Assembly (NCBI GenBank): GCA_002189035.1
Contig: NEEC01000007.1
Coordinates: 496,001-560,000 of the forward strand
DNA: 64,000 bases
From: Utricularia gibba
Lineage: Eukaryota; Plantae; Magnoliophyta
Direction of reading: 5' to 3'
The position numbers were made by a program, and so were the translations under genes. Positions 13,426 through 26,307 of the stretch are shown here, piece by piece. Each line of letters opens with the position of its first letter. Position 1 is the stretch's first letter. A model generated the notes under the pieces. That model searched no databases and was not told the origin of the DNA. It was given only the letters and a program-made list of their open reading frames with translations.

Positions 13426-15555
13426 AGTTGGTTGATGCTGTCCAGTTCTGTGGACACATTCTTGCTGGCTGCTGCATCCGTTTCCATAACACCAAAATCC
13501 TGTCCGAATGCCACAGCTGCTCCCTCCCTATTGTTTCGATCGGGGACCGGGACCATGTTGTCATAATCATCGTAACATGCCCCTACTCACGTACTCGTGT
13601 TTATTTATTTATTTATTCATTACATAACACAAGTTCCATATCTGCTAAGATCCAGCACCAATACGTGTGTCCGTAGCACCTAATACCATATTCGCAAAAT
13701 CCTATGGATGTCGTGTTTTCTGGGATCATTGACTTTTTTGGAATCCAAACCAGGTACCGGGGTTATGTTAGAAAAATAGATCTTCTATTAATTTTTTATC
13801 TTATATAATTATTTAAAAAAGTTGAATGAATGAATGAATTAACCACTTGTCTCAATTTTAAATTATCAAATATATTAATATTTCTTATTGATAACTCATA
13901 AATTACATATTTTCTAATAATTCCGATCTTCTATTAAAAAATAACAATAAAGTAGATGCGGCCTTTGATTTCTACAAATAATTCACTTTTATTGTTATTC
14001 TTCTAATTCATTGAATCCTTAATTTTAACAGGTTTAATCGTCTAGAGTTAGGAAAGCCTGGATTGCAACTCATCTTATGATGTGTGATGAAACAGAGTAT
14101 GAATGTTACCAGAAACAAACAACTTGTACGGTTCTGAACTCAAATCTCACACGTCTGAGACCATTGAGAGAGTCCACCACGTTTGCACCCTCCATTTTTC
14201 CTTAGCTAGGGTTTGCATCTCGAGTTGAAACTCTCTGCATTTTAGGTTTCCTCCACATTCTCAGATTCGGTACTACGGTTTCGCGTTCGATCAGATCGTG
14301 GCCAACCATCTCAATAGCCTACTGCAAAAAACAAACTTACTAGAGGTTACATTTGATCCCACAAGTAACACCAACTGTTTAATTAATCCCAGGGTTAAGT
14401 CAGAATTAACCATGCTTCGCCATCTGTTCCCTCCTGCAACTAACAACTTCCGTAATGAAGTCAACCCCTTTTGGGCAATAAAAAAGCAACTTTTCCATGG
14501 CAAAGTCAATGGAGAAAACCACCTTCATCCAGCGTAGAGTCAACGTGATAGATAAGTTTTTTTTAACATGATGAGATGAATTCTCCCCAAGTGATTCTGG
14601 CGGGATGGAGAATGTAAAAACTGTTGAAATAAACGTGTTACAAGGCAAACATTTTGATATAACATTGACATTAAAGATTCGATAGATCGATCGAATACAA
14701 ATTAAATTTAATTACATAAGATATATGTATCACGTTAAAAAAGATTAGATTCAATTGATTATTATTGATATTGAATTTATTATATAGTTATTATTTTATT
14801 TTCAAATTTCAATATGAGATTGTTTGTTTTAATAATAATCCAATGTGTTCCTGCATTGTAAGAAACTTGCACAATTACAAGCCACCCAACGTTATTATGA
14901 CAACAGGAAGAGCACCGGAGTTTGAAGAATTGACAGGGCTCCAAACCAGAGGGTTCTTTGAATGTGAAACTGGGTTCGATGAAAAAGGATGAGTTTGAGA
15001 TCTTGGATTCGAAAGATCTGGTTTTCATGCAATAGGAGATGAGGAAGAAGCAGGATGGAACACGCATTGGATTGGATGGTTAATCTATGCCACCCTCCTC
15101 CATTTTTTTAAGTTATTGTGTTTGACTTTCCCTGCATGTGATTCCCAAGTTAGGTTGCTAATGTCAAACCATGTAATGCTGGTCATGCGCTTAGGCTGAC
15201 AAGTACATTATTCTAACCCTAACCCTATGCGTAAAGCAAATGCAGTCCGCCATGGAAATCCCAACACGTGCCTCTACGGATCCCGAACCGAAATCATTAC
15301 AGACGTTTCATGGGGGAGGTGTAAAAGTTGCCAATCATGTGGAGTGATGTTGTCCTAAACAAGACAAGAAAGTTCCCAATGTCAACGCACAGAAAATGTA
15401 GTGGACTTGAGGTGTATCAGGGCTTGTTGATCCATCGGGTGCCCATTTTCAAACCCATGAGAAAAAGCTCGGCCCTTTCATGGGAATGTCGAAAATGATC
15501 GGTTTCATTGCGAGGAATGGAATGAAGATCACTGGATCGAGCATTTGAAATGGTG

Positions 15556-17612
15556 CTAATGGGTGGCAAGGTGTTCCAGTGTGCCCCATGATCGCTCCAG
15601 CCGCATCAGATGCAGCTTCTCAACGAAGGGCTCCAAGATTTCAGCCTCCTCTTCTGGTGCCAACGCCATGCAGATGCTCAGCTCCTGAACTGCTCCCTCA
15701 TAGTCTCTACACAACATTTAGCTGAGTTAAGTCCTATCACCAATGGTGTGTATGTGGTGTTTTGTTCCTTTTACCTTGTGTAGTATAACATCATCCCAAG
15801 GTCTCGCCGCAGAGCCCAGTTATGTGGTTGAAGAATGAGTGAGCGCTCGGATGCCATCACAGCGAGACTGTAGTAACAAAAAAAAGAAGGCATGATGATG
15901 AATGGTAATCCTCCTTTCCGACAGAGAGGGTTGGTTACCTCAGGTCTCGAGGGCGCAGCAATGGCATTTGAGGGCTTGTGTCTGTGTTGAACTTGTCTCC
16001 ACATTTGCGCAGAGGGGAAGTCAGCATCAGGCCGTGGCTTGCTCTTGATGCCCTCTTCCAGTAGAGTCTCTGCAACATGGAACTCAATTTGATACATGAT
16101 ATTTGAGTTATATGATGTGAAAACCAGAGTTTTTGAAGACCAACAATTAGATTCGCCAAGGCGATCCCGATTATATCGCGGTTTGTGGCGATATCTAGAC
16201 CAGAGAGTGAGCTGCTGTTGATGTCCGATGCCTTGGATCTTGGATCATCAACGCAGTTCCCATTCACAGCCTTGAACAAGCTCCCTCCAGACCCTGCTCT
16301 GAATAACTCCTGTGAACAAAAAATGAAACTGTTTCCGGGGATGATGATCAGCAGCTAATCTTGCATCATGCAACGCTCACCTCTGGATTCCCGGTTGAGG
16401 GCCAGATCAGAAACTCTTCACCAACTCGAGATCCCACGATGGTTAGATGAAGCCTTCTGCAGACCTCAATGTAAATAACACTGAGCATGATGGCTGCAAG
16501 GAAGGCAGCACCTTAAGGATCGGATGAGTAACAGGAAGTAGATACTGCAAAAAGCATACCACTTGCCCATCCGGAGCTCAATGCAGAGTGCAGATATGAA
16601 CACTTGGGATCAAGTAGTAAGGGTGACCTTTTGAAGCCTCTAATCTGGAAAAGAACTTTGTTCACTGCATCAAGAATCTCTTCTGTGTGGCATCCTATGT
16701 CTCTGGAGACGAGCTCTGCCTCGACATCCTTGGCTATGATGTCAAGCTCTTCCAACAATGAGTCCATATTTTTGCCGAGGTCTTCCCAGACTGAGGCAAA
16801 CGTAGAAGCTGATGAAGTATCTCCATACTCTTCAAGGAAACATCTTCGGTCAGTCTCACGATTCAAAGCCAAAAATGCCTCATCCTCAGTTCCCACATAA
16901 AGAAGAGCCTAAAAACATAGATTACAGAGTGACAACCTATACACCCACACCACCTACATTAATCCAACAAGAAGCGCAGCCAACACATTCGCCACCAACA
17001 AGGATCCAGAACCAAAGCATTCTTTAAGCATTTCCATCATACCGGGGGAAAAAAGATAAATATAAAAACGAAGAGCAAATTACCCTTGCAAGTGAAATAT
17101 CCTGGTCTTTGGCTCGGATGGATACCTCCCGAGTAAAGTTATCTCTGGCAACTTCAATAGTCTGAACAGGTAAAGCATGATCACAAGTTCAAGAATTCAA
17201 CCTTCATCCATGCCAACAAGAGTGAGAATTTCAACATCAAATGGAACATCAGTATACCTCCTTGTAGAAATCCATCCTCCACGGGTCTCTAGAATCGGGA
17301 TGAGAAGAACAATCAAGGGCTGATATTCCCCTAATTTTCCTAGATACATCACCGTTCTCAACTTTGCCAAGGTTTCTACAGCATCCAAAACCATACCTGA
17401 TGATCAACAAATATCATCACTTTCTGAGGTTGATGAAATGTTTATTGCAGCGCAGGAATGAAGCCACTAAAAAAACCAACACATAGAAATGTTAAAGATA
17501 GATATACAAAAACAGCTGAGAAATCACACAATCACCTGCCAAAACCAGGGAATAAAGTTCTGGTAATCGGACCAGCCACCAAACAACCCCCAAGGCCTTC
17601 AGCCACCACCAT
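15556..17612 (-). CDS. SirB1/Transglut_core2-domain protein with a C-terminal TPR-like region, 9 exons
   Basis: Exons 17612-17536, 17396-17258, 17161-17084, 16908-16560, 16493-16381, 16309-16145, 16069-15939, 15867-15775 and 15706-15556 join in frame. Motifs: DISLARALLYV..EDEAF, VNKVLFQIRGF, YLHSAL, IMLSVIYIEVCRRL, HNWALRRDLGMMLYY and DYEGAVQELSICMA. The family was recognised from memory of plant homologues. Confidence 0.82.
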
Positions 17613-19296
17613 TTTCTTCTGCTAATTACTGAATCAACAGAAAGAAGCAAGTAGACCTTACAAAACTCAACTACTAAGAAACAGATTATTCTCAAACAGA
17701 TTCATGTAGCCCTCTATCCCCTTTTTTGGATGAAGGTACAGTCATCTAATAAAATACTTCAAAAAGTTTTCAAAAAGCGACACGAGTAATAAGCGAGTAA
17801 AGAACCCCACCTTGCTCATAAAACAACAAAAAAGCTAGGCCGATACTTGTAATGAAAAGACAAGGGAATTTTGTTTTACACCCAGAAAGACAGCAAAATG
17901 CATCACCAGAGAAAAATCAGGGAAACCCCAGGTGTGAAGATGGAGTCGGGGAAACAAAGAGTTGTTCAAAAATCAAACTGTATGTTGTTCAAAATACAGA
18001 ATCCCCTGAAACAGAAGGGCAGAAAGCCCAGGACCCATGAAACCGAAATTTCTGAAACAAGCGGAACTCAAAAGCAAACATCGCAATGAAGAATTTAAGA
18101 AACTGCATCTGGAAACGCCTCTCCAAGGATAGAGCAAACCGATGCTATGAATGGCTGTTAAACCCATAGCATCAGCACAAATATAATACAGACCCAGCTC
18201 TCAGGTTATTGCTATTTCCTTCTTCAAGAGTTGCCATCCCACTACAAGAGAGTAAAGACAGCGGCTTGAATGGAAGCCATGTGAAGTCTGTCAAATTTCT
18301 TGCCCCTTGCCGATTCTTATCAGCTGGTAATGGGAAATACCAAATGTCGGGTCTTTATGCATCTTCCCACAACACGCAGACAATACTCCATTATTTTACC
18401 TTTCATTATTACTACAAAATCCAATCAAATCAAATCAAATCTCTGGAAAAGTTTCAGCATCACATCCAAGGTCTCCACTGCACAGAGTTTCAATTCGATT
18501 CTGCATCTTCCTCAATTTGGAACCAACCAACCATACTCCAATGTCCTGGTACGGGGTTAAGCTGATGCGGTAGGACTCTAAAGATGCGCATATTCCATGC
18601 CTGGGGAGCGCACGGCAGACAGAAATTTGGTTGGCTGATGCGGAAAGAGGAAGTTGTGGATAAGACTGCTTGGTGTAATGATGCGCTCAACATGTGTCGG
18701 AACTATTTCCCGTAACACATATCCTCATACGAGTTATTGTAATAATCCGTCCCCATCGTGATGTTTCTTCGCTATCACTTTTAGGAGCTGACGTGTTCAT
18801 TTTGGGTTTGTTCTGGATGGGATCCTCCTCTGGTAGCCCATTAACCATTCGGCTGGGTAAGAGGAGGCCCATCTCCCTTGCTCTGTTGGACAAGCAAGAG
18901 CTTCCATGGCGTTGATGTGCATCTATCTATACCTGTGGCTAGGCGGGAGAACTTGTAAGCATTAATCACAGACAGGGTTGACTGAACAGCAAGCAAGCAC
19001 ACATGAATCTGGGAGAGACTGCCATGTGTTTCAACTTCGGTTGAAAGAAGGCAGTCTTCAGGAGGAGGCTGCTTCATTTTTCTTCTTCGAATGCAGTAAA
19101 AGCAGGGCCAGATCCTGCCAAGGGAAACACCGCATTCGAGAAGAGTGAATCAGCTTACATCATCATAACAGAGAAAAGAAAGAGGGAGGTAAACATTATC
19201 CATGGGGTTACAGTTCGCAACAACAAACTTAAAATACATATTACAGACACAAGAAGCCAGCAGTGGATCATGAACGCCTTGAAGCTCTGCTCTGCC

Positions 19297-20563
19297 TCAG
19301 TGATACCCTAATGGAGCTGCCATGTCTTTGAGCTCACGTCCTAGGCAGTGTATATCCTGCAAGAGAAGCAGAGAGCAAAAGCCACTCCATAAGAATATTG
19401 AATCGTCATGGAGTTGAGGTAATCAGAGTCAACGCTTCTTACAGATGCGTAGTGGTTCACATCGCGGTGGTGTGCCTCATCTGCACGCACGACCATAACC
19501 ACATCTCTGAGAGTTGAGTTTGGGGGTAATTGCCAGTAGTCAATGGCGATGGCTGGAGCAGGTACATTCTCTATGGTTCCCTTGTCGAGTTCCTTCAGAA
19601 ATTCAGTATAAGAATGAACAGCTTCTTCCTCCAGATACCCCACAATCCGGTGTGACAACTTGGGTGACACGAGGTACGCCAAGAAGTATGCATTGAAGAA
19701 GACGCCCTGTACAGCGAACACCAAGGCACGCTCGTACCATCTCGGCTGAGATACTTCCATAAAGGTCATGAGATGCATTCTTTCATTTTCAGCTTCCTCA
19801 AGCAAGGCCTTGATCCAACCGCCGCTGTGCTCAAACCGCCGTAAAGACTTGCAGTGGAGAAGCATTCCCGCTACCATTCCTGGCACTGCGGCCACCGTTT
19901 CTAGCATCATTGCACGGCACCCGTAACGCTTCTGCACGGGGAAGGGCCGTTGAGAACAGAGGCAAACAGTAAACTTGGATCAAACAGCTTGTAAACATGT
20001 AAATGACCTGAAAAACTATGTCTGTGGGAAATCTCATTGCTTTAACTGTCCAATAAGCCACCTTGTCCATGAACTTCACCGGCGGGTGGTGCTTATTCAG
20101 ATCTATTGACACATTCGCCTTGTAGGTCTCCCATGGCTACTTTTCCACACAGAAATCGACTTAATAAATCGAACTAACAAGGATATTCCACGAAAATAGA
20201 TTCATCTGGGAATGTTGCTCTCACCCTGAAACAAGTCCATTTCCATTCCGCTCCATCCTGTTTCGCAATCTTCGACGGCTCAATTCCCCAGTAACTCGTA
20301 ACTTCCAATTTCGCATTTCCTGTTCCAACTGTTCCCTTCACTCCGCTATCCACCTCCTTCTTCTCGTCCACAGTCAGGGAACTCGAGTGACGCAGACCCA
20401 AAATCGGTGCCCTAACCGACGCAGAAGCCACTCTCCCTCCCAACGTCCCAGCATCAGCGGAAAACGAAGCGGCGGCGCAGCGAACCGCTGCCACATGAGT
20501 CGCCGTGACGGTGGAAAAACAACGCCGTCGGAGAGCCAATGCTGCCATCTTTGTCGCGATCAT
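19297..20563 (-). CDS. AOX1: Mitochondrial alternative oxidase, AOX1 type, 4 exons
   Basis: Exons 20563-20225, 20136-20008, 19931-19443 and 19356-19297, the canonical 4-exon layout. Motifs: WKWTCFRPWETY (CysI), [17 protein letters not shown] (CysII), [15 protein letters not shown] and RADEAHH diiron ligands. ERALV and LHCKS favour AOX1 over AOX2. Confidence 0.96.
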
Positions 20564-20571
20564 CCAGAAAG

Positions 20572-20584
20572 CTTGGAGAACAAG
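20572..20584. promoter_or_regulatory. Mitochondrial dysfunction motif (CTTG-N5-CAAG), a NAC binding site
   Basis: CTTGGAGAACAAG matches CTTGNNNNNCA[AC]G exactly and lies 9 nt upstream of the AOX1 ATG. Confidence 0.55.
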
Positions 20585-22077
20585 ATTCGTAGTGAGGTTC
20601 AGCGCCGTAAGCTTGTGGGCTTATAAAGAAGTTCTGGACGAATCTGGAACGTCCGGTGTGGCCCAATCGTGGCCGTCGATTATCCTGACCCAAGTCAAAT
20701 ATTTCTTCCTATTTTAATATTCACACAAGATATTATTTACTTTTAAATAATCAAAAATGGTTGACTTGGTCATCGTTCAGGCTCCCTAAATGAGGGGGCA
20801 GTCATTCGATTGGACAATAAATTACTCTGAATATTAATTACCATTAATGACATGACACCCAAGAATCAAATCAACCAGTGAGAAATGATCCTCTAAGATA
20901 TCATGAGACAACAAGCTATTTTATAATAATTCAAAATTATTATGATAATTGATTTAGGTTTGAAAATATTTTTGTGAGTAATTTTTTATAGAAATTAATA
21001 TATTTTTCCAATTCGTATTTCAATAGGGGTGACGATTAATAAAAATGGATAAAATAATAATTGTATATATCAAATTGTTTTGGGATATTAAAGTCACTCT
21101 TGAAGAATGAGTAAGAGTATCTTCTATAAACATGATTTTATGAATTGATTTTGTTTAATTTTATATATATTCTAAATTTTAACAATTGTATAGTAAAATC
21201 GGAAATTTTATATTTTTTAAACTATGTTTTAGTGATTAAATAAGAAATTAATTAAAAAATTATATTATTCAATTGACATCTATTTTAAAAATATATTTAT
21301 TACATAACATTAAATTATATAATATAATATTAAAACTGATTGTATTCCATATAATTTATATAACAAATTAAAAATAACTCAAACTGTATTCTATTGGTTA
21401 CTTCATTTCTCTTCGAATTCTTCATACATTATGGATTTAGAATACAATTGTTTGGTAACAATTATGAAATTTTAAGATATGATTTTTTCTGGAATTTTGA
21501 GGAAATACCTCCTTAATTAGAAGGTTTCGGTTATAATTGCATTACATGTTTGGAAGAGGTTTCCTAATTTGCTTCCTCTTTGGGAGGGTGATAAGCGGCA
21601 AGGGAACGTGGAATGGCACCCCCCATGACGTACCTCATGACGCCAGCTGGAAGGATTATGGAAGATTCCTTTCACGTGAAAATTCATAATAAATATAAAT
21701 AAATAGAGCCGTGTTGGAATTTGCCTTCGCGAACGGTTTGGTAGTTGAGTCGTTAAAATTGTTTTTTTTATTCATTGATATGATTATCTAGAAATAAAAT
21801 TAGAATTTACGATTAAAAAACCCAAATTAAATTATTTTATGATATAGAATAAAACGACCGTAATAATACGGATTAATTAGTAATAATTCTAATGATTATC
21901 ACGGTAATGCAGGAAGTACGAAGACTTGTATTGCTAGCAAGCGAAGAAGAAAGATGACGACTTGTACCTGCGTACGGCTCAAGTCACTAGAATGGCGTAT
22001 GAAGCAGAGGCTTGATCTGCATTTCTCCATGTATTTGGCTAAGGTGGAAGCTTGTTGGTGTTGTTTCTAGCAGGGTT

Positions 22078-23494
22078 TTACAGGTTGAGATACTGTGACT
22101 GAATCCTGTCTCTGTTGGTTTCCCACCACAGCTTCGCGTCCACCTCTCCGAATCGTTCTCGGCTGGGATACCAAATCAAACAGTGATTTCTTGGTTGATC
22201 TGATGTGTTTAGAGGGTAAGTGAACACACCTGAACCTCACACGACGAAGCTCTCTGGTACCATCGATTAGTTTCCTGATGGTGATGTAAATGCCGGGCTC
22301 GTCTTCCTCGATCCACTCCACCTCAACTTCACTTGCGTTGCTTATGGACGCTGATGCCTCATCTCGGGAGGATGTGGATGCTTCCGCATCGCCCTTGTGT
22401 TGGAAGTTGCTGGTTGTTGATGATCCTCCGTGTTCTTGTGGGGTTGTGTACCTGGGATTCCAGCATTTGTTCCATGCAGGGCTTTCCAATGTAGAACCAG
22501 CTCGTGAGTAGCTTGAATCCCTCTGCAGCAAAAAAGAAAAAGTTGATAGCTGTCTGATTAGGTCAGCCAGGCAGAAAGAGTTGTAATTCGGCCATACACC
22601 ATCCTCTGATCTCCCTGGTGTGTTGAGAGCTTGCTGATTCAATCTCTGGACATTGTAGAGCTCCATGATCCGGTCGTAGTTTTCGCCCCACCATCTTTGC
22701 GCTTGCCATTTGTCGAACATCCCTCGGCTTTGTAAGAGATGACAAATTGAGCCAGATGGAACAGGGTGATCTCAGAGACAACTCATTGAAACAAGTACCT
22801 GAAACGGATTCTTTTGAGATCATTCCCTCCTTGAGGAAGTGATATGAAAGTTATCTGCACTCCAGGCTCCACCTGAGCTATCCATTCTTTGGGTTCAGCT
22901 TCATTGTCTAGTGTATGCGATGAAGTCGACTCAGGGGCATGTGATGGATGCGGATCAGCAGAATGATGCCTTGAGACCTTGCCTCTGGCTTCTTCAGGAC
23001 CTGCCTTTCCCTTCTGAACTCCTGAGACCTTCAGGGCTATGTCTTTTATCTGTAAATCACAGCAACTGTGTGGAATATACTCATCTGCTTTGAGCCATAA
23101 ATTCCTTGAACTCCAAAGTTTACTAAGAAACAGTAGCACAATCCAAACAAGGGAGTGGGACCAAAACATGTTAGGTGAGGAACTAAAGATACAGATTCCG
23201 ACAGCATCATCCTCGCTACACAAACACAAACATGTCTATGACCAAATTAATGTGGATGCTGGAAACGTCACTTTCATGGTAACCTATGAGTATCTGGTTC
23301 TGTTTGATTCAAATATGAAGGTGGGAAGGAAACATTGAAATGAATCTGTTACTCGAGCTAATGGAAGCATAATGCACAGCAAAAGGAAGAACCTGGGAAG
23401 TCAAGCTTTTGATGGAGTCCTTGGTATCGCGCTGAGGAGCCTCATCATCACTATCTTCCATTCTCTGCTTGGAGCAACCAATGCAGGTTAACAT
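22078..23494 (-). CDS. BRXL: BREVIS RADIX-like protein (BRX N-terminal plus two BRX domains), 5 exons, about 286 aa
   Basis: Exons 23494-23393, 23049-22799, 22727-22598, 22522-22230 and 22162-22078. Motifs: MLTCIGCSKQ, IKSLTSQIKDIALK, EWIAQVEPGVQITF, LKRIRFSR.MFDKWQAQRWWGEN, EWIEEDEPGIYITIR and RRVRFSRERFGE..AKLWWE. A probable 5'UTR intron spans 24137-23535. Confidence 0.93.
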
Positions 23495-24625
23495 CTTTGC
23501 CCCTTTTCCTAATATATCACTTCTTCTTCTTCACCTGCAATAAACTGGTGAGAATTTGGGACTGAAAAAACGCTTCTTGAGTGGTGCAGAAGAGAAACCA
23601 AATTCAAGACCCTGTTCTCCAAATGCCTTGAAAACAAGCATGTTCCACTCTGTTTATGACACTACAACAAAAAAATGTTCTTCTTCCTCAAGCATGATGA
23701 AAAAGTGCAGTAAATAAAAGACAACAGAGGGTAGAGAGGGAGGAGCAGACTCGGGATCAGCGGAGGCAGAAATTAAAGAAGCAAGAGAAGTAGACTACAT
23801 GTGCATGTTGAATGGATGTATAATAATTGACTGCAAAAAATAGCGAAGTGGGCTGCTGCGGCACTGCACCAGCTTTGATGTCCATAAAGAACCATAAAGA
23901 ATCAGGATTTCGCTGCAGACTTTTGATAAAACGTAACGGAACACACAGTCTTTTCCTTCTCCAACTCCTACTAACTCGACTTACCTGACTTTTTACATGA
24001 GTAAGGTGAAAGAGAAAAACGTAAGCAAAAGGCAGTTCTCGTTGGCGAAATGAATGCATCAATTGTCAAGCAATGAAAGCACTTGTCTAACATATTCAAT
24101 AACCCGTACGAAGAACATTAAGTGATGGAGACTTTACCTCAACCGAAGACATGTCACCAACTCTAACTTCTTCCCTATCTCAGAAATTCAAAATCAAGTC
24201 TAAGTATAATTGACACACAATCTCAACAACAAAAAATGTGCGAACTTTAATCGGGATAGGAGGATTTCAATGCAGAATCAGGCTTCGTTTTCCCAAGAAC
24301 TCTTAAACCTTTCAGCGAACGGGAAACAAGAAAGACCAAGTATCAGAAACGATCCAAAAATTGACAAATAAAGCAGTCCCACCCCAGGCATCCCTCATGC
24401 AAGACTGATGACCACAACATTTGACAAATAGTTTCCGGCTAGCCTGAAGTCCGGCGGGATACTTTTCCGTTAAAAGACAAAAGAAAACTTCCTACGATTC
24501 TGGGCCTCGGAGTTTATACAAAAAAAGACAGTCTTTCGGATTCAAAGTTCCAACATTTTGAAAACAGGGGAATCCGCGGTAGCGTGGGATGCGTAAATGG
24601 CAAACCAGAGAGTATCGGCGGGGTG

Positions 24626-24674
24626 CTTTATAGACAGGTTACCGCCGCCATTATCCCGCGGCGACTCTATAAAA
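24626..24674. promoter_or_regulatory. Back-to-back divergent TATA boxes in a GC-rich island upstream of BRXL
   Basis: Minus-strand CTATAAAG at 24633-24626 and plus-strand CTATAAAA at 24667-24674, flanked by GC-rich sequence. Confidence 0.4.
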
Positions 24675-26307
24675 TGGCTGGGTCGGCTCCGGACAAGCTG
24701 TAGACTGTCCTGACCACGTCCTTACATCTCTCTGTTGTACAGCAGGCACGGACTGTTGTACGCTTCCCATTTGAACCATGCAAGTTGGGCTTCCATTTCA
24801 GCATCCTGGGAACACAAACCAAAAAATAAATAAATAAAATTTCAGAAATAAATAATAAAAGTGAACTATACTTTTTTTAATCGATTTTTAAATTCCTATA
24901 TTTGTCATTTTCCTTGTCCATCCATCCTATTTTCGAAATTAATACTATGTTTTAAACTGTTTCTATTTTTGGAAAATGTAAAAAAATGATTTTATTATCA
25001 AATATACTCCATTTCTTTCCAAAAATTCAAGAATATTCAAAGAATACTTTTTAATAAGCTATATCAAGGAGAACCAAATCAATTAAATTAGATAAAAAAA
25101 TTTCTACCTGAATCCACAAAAAAAAAATAATTATGTTACATATCTCCTACTAAAAAAAGAGAAGCTTTGGGTGGTTTGGAGTCCTTGGGGATAGATAAAT
25201 CAACAAAACAAAAAAAGGAATTTGAGCAATTTGACCAAAAAAAATGGGTAGTTTATTGGGCCCCACTAAAAGACAAATAATTGTTCTTGTAGTGTATTAA
25301 ATATTTCTTTTTTTATTTTTTGTTCAGGTAGGGTTTGTTGGTGGTGGTGGATGAAGGAGCATGTCCTTTTTTCTGGATTCCAGAGTCATATATGACTGGT
25401 AAATGGCATGATCGGGGTAGTGAAGTTCACTCGTGCTTGCTTTCCACGTCGTCGTCGCTGCTATCTTGGAACAGAAAAAACGAAGAAGATGGCCATCGAA
25501 GGAAGCGAAAAAACGAAAGGAATGTGAAAACAAGGGTCTGAATGATGGATGCATGTGCAAAGTTGAGATATGGGTGTCCTGTTTTTTACTGGTTCCCAAG
25601 GCTTTCACTGTCCTTTAACTCCAATGGGTTCCTTTAGCAGAGTAACTTGGACAATCTGCCACCTTATGTGCTGCTGCTGCCTTGTTGCTCTCTGTAAAAA
25701 GAAGAGACCATCGTTCTTTGTCTTGGGCTTTTTGTTTCCTCTTTACTATAGACTTTTTCATTGATTCAAGCTTTTGTTCAAAAAGAGAGAATTCTGCGGT
25801 AGAAGAGTTTAAACTGGGGTGATGGGGTTGGATCACTTTTGCTAATGATGATTAGTCGGTGTCCAGTTCTGTGGCCATGCAATGGGCTTCAGATTGTTGT
25901 GCTCCAATGGTGAATCCAGATGAAAATAAATGGTAAAAAAAGGATGAAACTTTTCCTGGTAAGGGCGAAGGAGGAGAAGAAAAGGAAAGTCTGTGGCCTA
26001 TTAGTGAAGCATCTGGCAGTGTCTGTGTACCCACCTCCAGGAAGATGAAATCAAATGGGAAGCATCAAAAGACTGTTCACCTGTTTGGGTTTGTCCTTAG
26101 CACGACAGCAACATGTCCGAGGTTCTGGTTTTGATGCTCAACTTCGAAATTGGAGAAGATGGGGAAGAAGCTGCCGCCTATACCTGCAAACCTACAAGAA
26201 CTCACATTGATTTTCCTTTATTTTGGCAGTCAACAGAAATTTTCCTAAAACGAAGAATGGATGGGGTTTGGTGTACAAACAAATGGAAGCTGAGAAACAG
26301 GTTAGTG

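Noticed and set aside
14083-14158. C/D box snoRNA candidate (GTGATGA...CTGA)
   Set aside because: There is no terminal stem and no rRNA-complementary guide that I could recognise.
15212-15226. CTAACCCTAACCCTA as a telomerase RNA template or interstitial telomere
   Set aside because: It is only two repeat units, with no upstream USE plus TATA Pol III promoter; expected by chance.
13439-25874. Shared 15-mer TGTCCAGTTCTGTGG at 13439 and 25860
   Set aside because: One or more distant 15-mer matches are expected by chance in 64 kb, and the similarity does not extend.
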